Below the pieces are notes generated by a model, which was given only the letters and a program-made list of their open reading frames with translations, had not been told where the DNA came from and searched no databases. This document shows positions 1 through 8,477 of a stretch of 64,000 bases of DNA, piece by piece; position 1 is the first letter of the stretch; each line of letters opens with the position of its first letter. The position numbers and the translations under genes were made by a program. Source of the DNA: an uncultured delta proteobacterium (GTDB taxonomy: Bacteria > Desulfobacterota > Desulfobaccia > Desulfobaccales > 0-14-0-80-60-11); assembly GCA_963812015.1 (NCBI GenBank), contig CAWETI010000003.1:1504001-1568000 (forward strand), in the 5' to 3' direction.

Positions 1-1
1 T

Positions 2-343
2 ATCATCCTGGCCACCTTCGTGGGCTACCGGGTCTACGGGCTTCTGGGGGCAGTGGTGGCCACGCTTGCCATATTCCTGCCGCCCATCCTGATGATCATC
101 TTTTTGACTCCGTATTACCAGCGCCTCAAGGAAGCCCGTTGGATGCGTCCGGCAATTCAAGGCATTTTGGCGGCCTTGGTGGGCATGCTGGCCCTGGTGA
201 CCTTGCAGATGGGCCAGGCGGCCCTCATCGGCGGGCAGGATATCCTCTTAACCGCGGCGACGGCCATCGCCCTTATGGTCTTTGAGGTGAACCTCTTATG
301 GATTGTTCCGGCCGTGGTCGGCCTCTCCCTGTTTATTTTTTAG
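2..343 (+). CDS. Chromate transporter (CHR family), C-terminal part, truncated by the window edge
   Basis: Frame is open from position 2 (IILATFVGYRVYGLLGAVVATLAIFLPP); ATFVGY...GA..AT..IFLP motif of ChrA-type domains. Confidence 0.8.
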   Translation: MILATFVGYRVYGLLGAVVATLAIFLPPILMIIFLTPYYQRLKEARWMRPAIQGILAALVGMLALVTLQMGQAALIGGQDILLTAATAIALMVFEVNLLWIVPAVVGLSLFIF

Positions 344-539
344 CCGGGGAAGCGCCCGGTTCTGTCGTCCAATCGGGGGGAGCTACCCGATCCAACCCTG
401 GACATGTCTTCCCTCGGTGGGATATCATAAACCATGTGGAAGATTATTAGCCTACAGGGGATTTCCACCCCAGGTTCCCCTGCCTTTCCTGGGGCTTGAT
501 AAACTCCTGATAAAATTCTCCTTGAGGTGATCGGCTATC

Positions 540-1064
540 ATGTTCATGTCTCTCGGCAACTGTGGAATCTGCGCCTTGGCCTTGGCCCTGACCCTGGTGG
601 GCGCCGGCTGGACCCAAACGACCCAACCCACTTCACCTAACCACGCTAACCTTTACCGCCAGGCAGTGGCGCTTTTGGACCAGGCCCAAGAGAAGTTAAC
701 TGCCGGTGATCTTGTTGCGGCCAACTCCCTGGTCAAACAGGCCAATGCCGCATTTACCCACCTGCAGCAGGAAAACGCCGCCGGGCTGGCGGAGCGCCGA
801 CTTTCCCCGAAGGAAGACCAGCAACTGGCCATCAACCAAAAGCTAGCCACCGCCACCCAGACCCAGGCCGATGACGCGATGGCAACTGCGGCCACCAAGG
901 GCAAGCAAGCCCGGGAGCTCGAGGCCCAGGGACAGAAAGAGGCCGCCAACGCAGCCTATCGGGAGTCCAAAGAAGGATATGCTCAGGCGCAAAATCTCTC
1001 GATCAAGGCGGCAATTTATGCCCTGCGCAATCAGCAGCTGCTCTTTCACTTTCTGGCGCCATGA
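540..1064 (+). CDS. Secreted alpha-helical hypothetical protein
   Basis: Hydrophobic signal-like N-terminus, Ala/Gln-rich helical body, GAGGTG RBS upstream. Confidence 0.65.
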   Translation: MFMSLGNCGICALALALTLVGAGWTQTTQPTSPNHANLYRQAVALLDQAQEKLTAGDLVAANSLVKQANAAFTHLQQENAAGLAERRLSPKEDQQLAINQKLATATQTQADDAMATAATKGKQARELEAQGQKEAANAAYRESKEGYAQAQNLSIKAAIYALRNQQLLFHFLAP

Positions 1065-1089
1065 TTTGGGCTAATATCATGTTGCTCTC

Positions 1090-1275
1090 ATACAGAGGAA
1101 ATGCCAAAAGTTTTTTCCGTTATGACACATGCTGCAAGAACCCAAATCCCCCCTCCCCCCCTTTTACAAAGGGGGGAACTTAGCGAAATTCCTTTGAAAG
1201 TCCCCCTTTAAAAAAGGGGGATTTAGGGGGATTTAAAAAACCGGCAATCAGAAGAAATTTTTGGCAAACGCTATA
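1090..1275. repeat. Composite palindromic miniature repeat (AAATCCCCC...GGGGGATTT family)
   Basis: Nested hairpins cccccttttacaaagggggg and cccccttt-aaaaagggggatttagggggattt inside outer IRs tgccaaaa/ttttggca; related copy at about 45645-45730. Confidence 0.75.
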
Positions 1276-1295
1276 AGTAAGGAAAGCGTCATCCT

Positions 1296-1353
1296 GTAGG
1301 GGCGCACCCGCGTGTGCGCCCTCAATCAGGGCGGACACATGGGTCCGCCCCTA
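1296..1353. repeat. Inverted pair of GTAG-type REP elements
   Basis: gtaggggcgcacccgcgtgtgcgccc ... gggcggacacatgggtccgcccctac; related copies near 39126 and 53419. Confidence 0.7.
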
Positions 1354-1527
1354 CAAAGCAATCTTGCCTGTATGGGCGCAATTTGGTATAAGGCTGAAAC
1401 CCTGAGCAGGCAGCCAGCCGGCGGCATAATAAGTTCCACGGGAAGTTTTTTTTGGGAAGGGCTTGATGTTCCCCCGCCCTCCCCGGCGGGAGGGGACCCC
1501 CAGGATTTTCCTCTCACCTGGCTGAAG

Positions 1528-1932
1528 TTATTGAATACGGATTTTAATGCGGAAATGGTCCCTAGCCTTCCCTATCCCTTCCCAGGGACGGTAGTAAGCC
1601 AGGTTGATCTCGGTCTCCCCCTCCTCCTTGGCCTGAAAGCGCCAGACCTGCATCACCGGTGATCCCGGTCGAGTCTCTCCCACGGCTCGGGTGGTCTGGG
1701 ACATGAGTTTGAGGTAGGGCGCGCCGGGGGTATTCACCAGCCAGCTATAGCCGGTGCCCCCTCGGGTGGGAAGCTCAATCTGGACAATATCCCCCACCTT
1801 GAGGGCGATCGTTTGGCCGCTTTGAGCTTTGGTGACCGTGATCGCGGCCTCAGCCGCCAGGAGAGTTGATGGAGATAGCATCAATCCGGTTAGCAACAGC
1901 CAAATAAATCCCGATAGCATGATTTTGGCCAT
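1528..1932 (-). CDS. Chagasin/I42 family protease inhibitor-like secreted protein
   Basis: Signal peptide, GGTGYSW (NPTTGY-like) and YYRPWE motifs. Confidence 0.8.
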   Translation of the reverse strand: MAKIMLSGFIWLLLTGLMLSPSTLLAAEAAITVTKAQSGQTIALKVGDIVQIELPTRGGTGYSWLVNTPGAPYLKLMSQTTRAVGETRPGSPVMQVWRFQAKEEGETEINLAYYRPWEGIGKARDHFRIKIRIQ

Positions 1933-1980
1933 GTCCTTCCTCCCTTGCGGCGGGCCGGCGATGCGTCGTCCGGCGGCGCC

Positions 1981-4149
1981 TCATTTGGTCGTCATGCGGG
2001 AAATTCCGTCCCAGTCTTTTCCCGGTGGGGTCTGCCGGCACGCCTCGCATATTTGCCACAGGCGCTGCACCGCCGGGTCCGGCCCGAATTCGGCCTCGCA
2101 GCCCGCCAACTCCTCCAGGGCCTGCGGGAAATTACCTGCCCGGTACTGTTCCCAAGCCGCCTCATAGCGCCTGGCCGCGGCCAGCTTCACCGTTGACACC
2201 TTCCCGGTCTCACCCAGCACTTCAAAGATGTCGGTGGCCTGGGTCTTGCCTTTGACGATTATCCGGTCGAGATGGCGCATGGCGTAGCGGTCCTCACCGG
2301 CCTGCTGCGTGCCGAGATCCACTAATATCGTGGTCCCGTAAACCTTGTTCAACCCTTCCAGGCGGCTGGCCAGATTCACCGTGTCCCCCAGGACGGTGTA
2401 GGCCAGCCGGGTAGGGGCCCCCATATTGCCCACCACCACCGGTCCGGTGGCTAAGCCGAAGCGGGTCGGGAGTTCCGGCAGGCCCGCAGTCCGCCAGGTT
2501 TGATTCAAGCTCTCCAGGGTATCCCGGCATTCCAGTACGGCTTGAATGGCCCGATCCGCCTGATCCGGCATGGGGGTCGGCGCCCCCCAGAAGGCGACAA
2601 TGGCGTCACCGACTATCTTGTCCACCGTGGCCCCGTGGTGGTGCAGGGCGTCGATCATGGCCTGGAAGTACCCGGCCAGGTGGTTGGTTAAGGCCTCCGG
2701 AGACATGCCTTCCGAGATGTTGGTGAAATCGGCGATGTCGGTGAAAAGGATGGTCAAGGTCTCCGTGTGCCCGCCGATCCGGGCCACCTCGCCTTTGGCC
2801 ACCAGTTCTTTGACAATCTCTATCGGCACATAGCGGGAGAAGGACTGCAGCGCCGCCAACGATTGGGCCTGGGCCTCCCCCAGTTGCTTGAATTCATGCA
2901 GGTTTGCCTCAATTTTCGCATCGGCTCGGAAATCGAGGTCGCTGATCCGCCGGCTCTGGGCGGCCAGCGCCTCCAGGGGCCGGCTGTAAGATCGGGCCAG
3001 GAGAAAGGAGTAGGCCAAAGCCGCCAAGAGAGTTACCAGAGTCGCAGTCAGCAGATAAATGCGGAGTTGGGTGATGCCCTCCAGCAGATCGTTGTTGGGG
3101 ACCAGAATGCCGATCCAGAGCTGGCGACTCTGCCCCAAGGGATATGAAGTCACTCCGGCCCACCAGGTATCCCCTAGGGACTCGTAACTGAATATGCCCT
3201 GGCCCGACTTACGTATCGTCCGGCCAATCTCCTTTTCGGCGTCCACCTCTTTTACGGCGGCCTTCAATTCCGGAATCTGAATCTTATCGATAGGGAGAAG
3301 CAAGGCCCGGTGAATCGACTCATCATCCCGAAACTTCTCGTGGCGAGGCAATCCCACGACGCGCCAGTCTTTGGTATAGATCGCCGTCTGGGAGTTTTTG
3401 CTGAGTTGGGTGGTATCCCGTTGGGTAAAGTCGGTGATGGAGGTCAGCAGGATATCCACGGCAAACACATATTCCATACCCTGATCGTGCCACTTGACCG
3501 AGGCGGTGATGCCCAGATCCTTCGTGGTGAAGAAGAGATACGGCTCGGTCCAGAAAACTTCTGCATCGGGTAAATCTTTCAATCCGACATACCAGGCCCG
3601 GGTCCTGGGTTCGTAGTCCACCTCTTGCCATTCCGGAGACTCCGGCCGGCCCTCCTGGTCAACGTCAAACCAGAGCGTCTGGGTCCCCCAGGTTTGCCGG
3701 GAAACCACGCGGTTGCGGATGCGGCCGGATTCCAGGCGGATGATGAGAAAACCATCACCCCGGGCGTTGGCCACCTGGAGGGATGACATGTCCGGGAAAA
3801 GCACCATGAGCGGCACCAACAACGTGTTGAGCCGGGTGACGGCTCCCAGCTGACTCGGCGTTAACTTGCCGGGAGGCCCGGCAACGATCTGAGACAGATT
3901 GAGCTTACCCGCAAGGCCCCAGCGCGCCGCAATCAAGGCATTGATATTCACTGGCTGGAAGAAGCGGTCCAGTTCCTGGGTGGCTTGAAGCGTGCCGCGA
4001 TTGATGAGTTTCTCGGAAAGCTCTTTTTCCGTCTGGTGGGCCCGGATGGTCATCAGCGCGAGCACCGTCAGTGAACTGAGCAGGATGAGGACCACAAAGC
4101 TTCGCAGGAGGCTCCAGCGGATCGAGATGGTTTTGCCGAACTTAGCCAT
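1981..4149 (-). CDS. Membrane class III adenylate/guanylate cyclase (Cache-like sensor, HAMP, cyclase domain)
   Basis: Two TM segments, YEPRTRAWY Cache motif, ILFTDIADFT, DKIVGDAIVAFWGAP, GDTVNLASRLEG. Confidence 0.9.
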   Translation of the reverse strand: MAKFGKTISIRWSLLRSFVVLILLSSLTVLALMTIRAHQTEKELSEKLINRGTLQATQELDRFFQPVNINALIAARWGLAGKLNLSQIVAGPPGKLTPSQLGAVTRLNTLLVPLMVLFPDMSSLQVANARGDGFLIIRLESGRIRNRVVSRQTWGTQTLWFDVDQEGRPESPEWQEVDYEPRTRAWYVGLKDLPDAEVFWTEPYLFFTTKDLGITASVKWHDQGMEYVFAVDILLTSITDFTQRDTTQLSKNSQTAIYTKDWRVVGLPRHEKFRDDESIHRALLLPIDKIQIPELKAAVKEVDAEKEIGRTIRKSGQGIFSYESLGDTWWAGVTSYPLGQSRQLWIGILVPNNDLLEGITQLRIYLLTATLVTLLAALAYSFLLARSYSRPLEALAAQSRRISDLDFRADAKIEANLHEFKQLGEAQAQSLAALQSFSRYVPIEIVKELVAKGEVARIGGHTETLTILFTDIADFTNISEGMSPEALTNHLAGYFQAMIDALHHHGATVDKIVGDAIVAFWGAPTPMPDQADRAIQAVLECRDTLESLNQTWRTAGLPELPTRFGLATGPVVVGNMGAPTRLAYTVLGDTVNLASRLEGLNKVYGTTILVDLGTQQAGEDRYAMRHLDRIIVKGKTQATDIFEVLGETGKVSTVKLAAARRYEAAWEQYRAGNFPQALEELAGCEAEFGPDPAVQRLWQICEACRQTPPGKDWDGISRMTTK

Positions 4150-4225
4150 ATTTTCGTAGTTATGCCGCTGGGGTTGAGGTGGGGATTGCGGTCGGCAACC
4201 CTGAAAATCTGTTCGCCATTTCAGC

Positions 4226-4753
4226 TTAAAACATTAATTTTACCAGGATGATGGCGATGATAATGCCCGTCAGGTCCGCGGCCAGGCAGACGGGGACCAG
4301 GTATTTGGAATTCTTGATGCCAACCGCCCCGAGATAAACCGCCAGGACGTAAAAAGTCGTTTCGGCGCTGCCCATAATCACCGCCGCCATGATGCTGCCC
4401 AGGGAGTCGGGACCGGTGCTTTTGAGAATCTCCGTGAAAATTCCCAGGGACGCGGCGTTGGAGAACGGCTTGATGACCGCTACCGAAAAGACTTCCGGCG
4501 GAACGTGGAGCGGCGACGCGGCAGAGGCAAAGATGCTTTTGAGAAAGTCGTGGGCCCCCGAACTTTCGAAGGTCTTGACCATTATAAAGATTGCCAGGAT
4601 GTAGGGGAAAATCCCGATGATGATGCCGATGCCATCCTTGGCTCCCGAAACAAAGGAATCGTAGACTGGCACGCCTTTGGCAAATCCATAAATTATCGTG
4701 AACAGGATAAAAGCCGGGATCAAACCTTGAAAGACCAAACTAAGCGTATTCAT
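4226..4753 (-). CDS. spmB: Spore maturation protein B-like (Gate-domain membrane protein)
   Basis: VYDSFVSGAKDG, GPDS, MGSAETTFYVLAVYLGAVG motifs. Confidence 0.88.
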   Translation of the reverse strand: MNTLSLVFQGLIPAFILFTIIYGFAKGVPVYDSFVSGAKDGIGIIIGIFPYILAIFIMVKTFESSGAHDFLKSIFASAASPLHVPPEVFSVAVIKPFSNAASLGIFTEILKSTGPDSLGSIMAAVIMGSAETTFYVLAVYLGAVGIKNSKYLVPVCLAADLTGIIIAIILVKLMF

Positions 4754-4754
4754 G

Positions 4755-5339
4755 TCAGGTATCTTTCCTGCTGAATTTTTTGAATAAATAGAGTATGCCC
4801 ACCGCGGTTACCGAAGAAACTACGGTGGAAATGAAGGTGGGCAAAATAATCATATTCGGATTGAGCGAGCCGTAGGAGGCCAACAGTCCGATGATCGTAA
4901 AGGGGACCAGCTGAATGCTTGAGGTGTTGATGACAATGAAGAGCATCATCTCAAAAGTGATCGTGTCGCTCTCGGGATTGAGAGTCTGGAGGTCTTCCAT
5001 AGCTTTGATGCCCAACGGCGTGGCCGCATTGCCGAGCCCGAAAAGATTGGCCAGGAGGTTGAGCGTAATCGAAGTTATTGAGGGGTGCCCTTCGGGGATC
5101 TTCCTGAACAGCAAAGCGATTGCCGGTCGAAAGAAATTGGACAGTTTATAGATTAAACCGGCATCTTCAAGGATTTTGGTAATCCCCAACCAGAGAGACA
5201 CAATGCCCACCAGGTAAAGTGACACCTCCACCGCGGCTTTGCCTGCTTCAAACATGGCTTTGGTAAACTCGTCAATCTTGCCGTTGATGACGGAAAATAA
5301 AATGCTTATACAAATGATTAAGAGCCATACCAGGTTCAT
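4755..5339 (-). CDS. spmA: Spore maturation protein A-like membrane protein
   Basis: LWLGI, ANLFGLGNAATPLGIKAM, INTSSIQL motifs; adjacent to spmB. Confidence 0.88.
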   Translation of the reverse strand: MNLVWLLIICISILFSVINGKIDEFTKAMFEAGKAAVEVSLYLVGIVSLWLGITKILEDAGLIYKLSNFFRPAIALLFRKIPEGHPSITSITLNLLANLFGLGNAATPLGIKAMEDLQTLNPESDTITFEMMLFIVINTSSIQLVPFTIIGLLASYGSLNPNMIILPTFISTVVSSVTAVGILYLFKKFSRKDT

Positions 5340-5862
5340 CCAGCCTCCTTGATCTTTTCCCCGAGGTGGTGGCGAGGCGCTGGAAAGGTGGGGTCATCCC
5401 GTGGGTTTGACAAGAACGCCTTTGGGTCTCGAAACCGCATCCATTTTCCTTTTTTACCCCCGGGGCTGCAAGGAAATAGTGCGGGCCAACCCGCGCTTTC
5501 TCCCGGACGTCGCCATGGCGCTCCATCACGGTATGACGCCCCCAGGGGCCAGGCGCTTTTGGGCGCCTAAAATTTTTTTGCGGTAAAGTTGATTGAAGAT
5601 TTCAAACCGTTGTTTTTGGAAACCGATTATAGTATCTTTCATCCATCCTCGGGGGAGACGGTTTATTCTGTAACGGTTTAACTCGAAGCATCCGATAAGG
5701 GACTGGAGACAGGCAGGCTGCCTATTATAGGGGTAGTTATGGCTGCATCGGGGTTTCGCTTTGAGCTGCCGGCGGCGGACTGAGCCCGGCTGAGGTCGAT
5801 CCAGTGATGCGCGGCCTAGCCGCCAAGCGTGGTGCCTACTAAATTTATTAGGAAAGAAAGTA

Positions 5863-6669
5863 ATGACTCGTAAACTCGGTGTTCTGGCGATACTTATGGT
5901 GCTGGCCCTGTGTTTCTGCGGCCAGATCGCGTCTGCGGATGATCAAATCACCGTTCCGGTTCTGTGCTACCACCGCTTCGGCCCCACGGTAGCCGACGGC
6001 ATGACGATAACCACCAAGGTGTTCGAGGCCCAGCTCCAGTGGCTCAAGGACCATCAGTACACGGTCATTCCCCTCCGGACCCTGGTGAACTACCTCCGGG
6101 GCCAGGGGCCGCCGCCGCCGCCGAAATCGGTGGTGATCACTGCGGATGACGGCCACAAGACGGTTTTTTCCGACATGCTGCCCCTGGTGCGCAAGTACAA
6201 CATTCCCGTTACCCTGTTTATCTATCCGTCGTGCATTTCCAACGCCTCCTACGCCTTGACCTGGGACCAGTTGAAGCAACTGCAGCAAACCGGCCTGTTC
6301 GACCTGCAGGGCCACACCTTCTGGCACCCCAATTTCAAGAAGGATAAGAAGAAACTGAAGCCCGCCGAGTACCAGAAGGAGTTGGACGCGCAGTTGATAA
6401 AGTCCAAGGCCGTTCTGGAAAAGAGGTTCGGCACCACGGTGGATGTGTTGGCCTGGCCCTTCGGCATCTATGACGACGAGCTGGAAAAAGAGGCCGCTAA
6501 GGCCGGTTACGTGGTGGCCTTCAGTATCGACCGGCGGAATGCCAGCCCGTCCGAGAAACTGCTGGCCCAGCCCCGCTACCTGATGGTCAACGGCGACGGC
6601 ACCAAAAATTTTGAAGCCATCGTCTCCGGTCATGCCCAGGAAAAAGGCCATAAGAATATGACCTATTAG
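5863..6669 (+). CDS. Secreted polysaccharide deacetylase (CE4/NodB-like)
   Basis: Signal peptide; VPVLCYH, ITADDGH, GHTFWHP, LAWPFG motifs. Confidence 0.88.
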   Translation: MTRKLGVLAILMVLALCFCGQIASADDQITVPVLCYHRFGPTVADGMTITTKVFEAQLQWLKDHQYTVIPLRTLVNYLRGQGPPPPPKSVVITADDGHKTVFSDMLPLVRKYNIPVTLFIYPSCISNASYALTWDQLKQLQQTGLFDLQGHTFWHPNFKKDKKKLKPAEYQKELDAQLIKSKAVLEKRFGTTVDVLAWPFGIYDDELEKEAAKAGYVVAFSIDRRNASPSEKLLAQPRYLMVNGDGTKNFEAIVSGHAQEKGHKNMTY

Positions 6670-6700
6670 GGTCGTGTGCCGCAAGTTTAGAGAGATAGGC

Positions 6701-8131
6701 ATGATAAAGCCATTCCGGATGTACCTGTTCATCCTGGCCGGGGCCCTGCTCTTCGCCACCGCGGCCCTGGCCGATGCCCCCAAGGTCGTTGGCGGCCAAC
6801 CCCAGGAACCTCTCAAAGGCGCAGCCCCAGCCGATAGCGGCAAGGTCGTTGAAGGGCAAAGCAAAAAACCCGTCGAGGGCGAGGCCAAAACTGACAGCGG
6901 CAAGGTCGTTGAGGGCCAGGCCAAGCAACCCCTCGCCGCCGGGGCCCACGCCTTTAACGGCAAGGTCATAGACGCCCAAACCAAAAAACCCATCGAAGAC
7001 GCCCTGGTCACCCTGGGAGACCGGCAAGTTCGAGCCGACAAGGACGGCGCCTTCCACCTGGAGGGGACCGGGGATACCCTCAAGCTGCGCTACCCGGATT
7101 ATGCCCGGCGGGAGTTGCCCATCTCGGAGCTGACCGGGCCCACCACTGAGATCGCCCTCACTCCCTTCAAGGTGAAGGCCCTCTATCTCTCCAGCTACGG
7201 CCTCGCCAGCAAGAAGCTGCGCACCGCCGCCCTCGAAGCCCTCGAGTTAAACAAGATGAACGCCCTGGTGATCGACGTCAAGGGCGATCGGGGCTTCATC
7301 CCCTTCAAGGTGGATATCCCCCTGGCCGAGGAGGTCGGGGCCCAGAAGACGATCCTGTTCAAGGATATGAAGGCCACCGTGGCGGGCCTCAAGGAAAAGG
7401 GCCTTTACCTCATCGCCCGGATCGTGGTCTTCAAGGACGATCCCCTGGCCGCCACCAAACCGCAGTGGGCCGTCCAGAATAAGGGCGGCGGCGCCTTCCG
7501 GGATCGGGAGAGACTCCGTTGGGTCGATCCCTTCCGCCGGGAGGTCTGGGATTACAACATCGCCATCGCCAAGGCCGCGGCGGAGGCCGGTTTTGACGAG
7601 GTCCAGTTCGATTACGTCCGCTTTCCCGACAACCGGGGCACCGGTTTCTCCAAGCCAGCCAATGAAGACAGCCGCACCGATGCCATCTCCGGCTTCCTGG
7701 AAGCGGCCCACCAGGCCCTGATCCCCTCCAACGTCATGGTGGCCGCCGACATCTTCGGCTATGTCTTGTGGAACACCAACGACACCGACATCGGCCAGAA
7801 GATCGACCGGGCCCTCAAGGCCGTTGACGTCGTCTGCCCCATGCTCTACCCCTCGGGTTACCAGTTCGGGATTCCCAACTTCCGCAACCCGGTCCAGCAT
7901 CCCTATGAAATCGTCTATCTGTCGTTAAAGCGCGCCCAGGAGCGCACCGACTCCGATTCCCTGCGCTTCCGCCCGTGGATTCAGGCCTTTCGCGATTATG
8001 CCTTCCATGGGGGCGACTTTACCGAGGAGCGGATGCGCATCCAGATCAAGGCCTCGGACGATTTCGATTCCAGCGGCTGGATGTTCTGGAACCCGCGCAA
8101 CGTCTACCCCACGGGGAAGTTCGCCAACTGA
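6701..8131 (+). CDS. Secreted putative glycoside hydrolase (DUF4015-type) with carboxypeptidase-regulatory-like N-domain
   Basis: NALVIDVKGDRG, IARIVVFKD, GFDEVQFDYVRFP, PMLYPS, RPWIQAF, WMFWNP motifs. Confidence 0.8.
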   Translation: MIKPFRMYLFILAGALLFATAALADAPKVVGGQPQEPLKGAAPADSGKVVEGQSKKPVEGEAKTDSGKVVEGQAKQPLAAGAHAFNGKVIDAQTKKPIEDALVTLGDRQVRADKDGAFHLEGTGDTLKLRYPDYARRELPISELTGPTTEIALTPFKVKALYLSSYGLASKKLRTAALEALELNKMNALVIDVKGDRGFIPFKVDIPLAEEVGAQKTILFKDMKATVAGLKEKGLYLIARIVVFKDDPLAATKPQWAVQNKGGGAFRDRERLRWVDPFRREVWDYNIAIAKAAAEAGFDEVQFDYVRFPDNRGTGFSKPANEDSRTDAISGFLEAAHQALIPSNVMVAADIFGYVLWNTNDTDIGQKIDRALKAVDVVCPMLYPSGYQFGIPNFRNPVQHPYEIVYLSLKRAQERTDSDSLRFRPWIQAFRDYAFHGGDFTEERMRIQIKASDDFDSSGWMFWNPRNVYPTGKFAN

Positions 8132-8179
8132 GGCGGGATGGCGTCTTCGCCAGCCTCCTGCTTGGTTTTGAATTCCACT

Positions 8180-8287
8180 GTCAGGCTGTTGAAAAATTAT
8201 AATTTCCCCAGACTGTCATTCTGAGCGGAGCGAAGAATCTTCTCTCCGCTCAGGATGACAAAAAACCCGATTTTTCAACGGCCTGTT
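8180..8287. repeat. MITE/REP-like palindromic element (TGTCATTCTGAGCGGAG family)
   Basis: Core tgtcattctgagcggag...ctccgctcaggatgaca inside outer IR caggctgttgaaaaa/tttttcaacggcctg; second copy at 44497-44625. Confidence 0.8.
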
Positions 8288-8477
8288 AGACCCGGAGCTA
8301 TCTCCTTTCCTAAAAGCTAACTTCTGAAGAACGCTGGGGTTAGGGGCTGAAAAATCTTCCTCCAGGTCGAAGCATTCGCCTCTTTGGGGGCTAGGGAGCG
8401 CACGTGAAATTTTGTGATTTTTTGAGATCAAGAGCACCGAGATGGCGTATAATCAAATCTCAAAAAGTGATGTAAAG

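Noticed and set aside
5700..5850. Possible structured leader upstream of the deacetylase
   Set aside because: Only weak GC-rich pairing; no recognisable riboswitch motif
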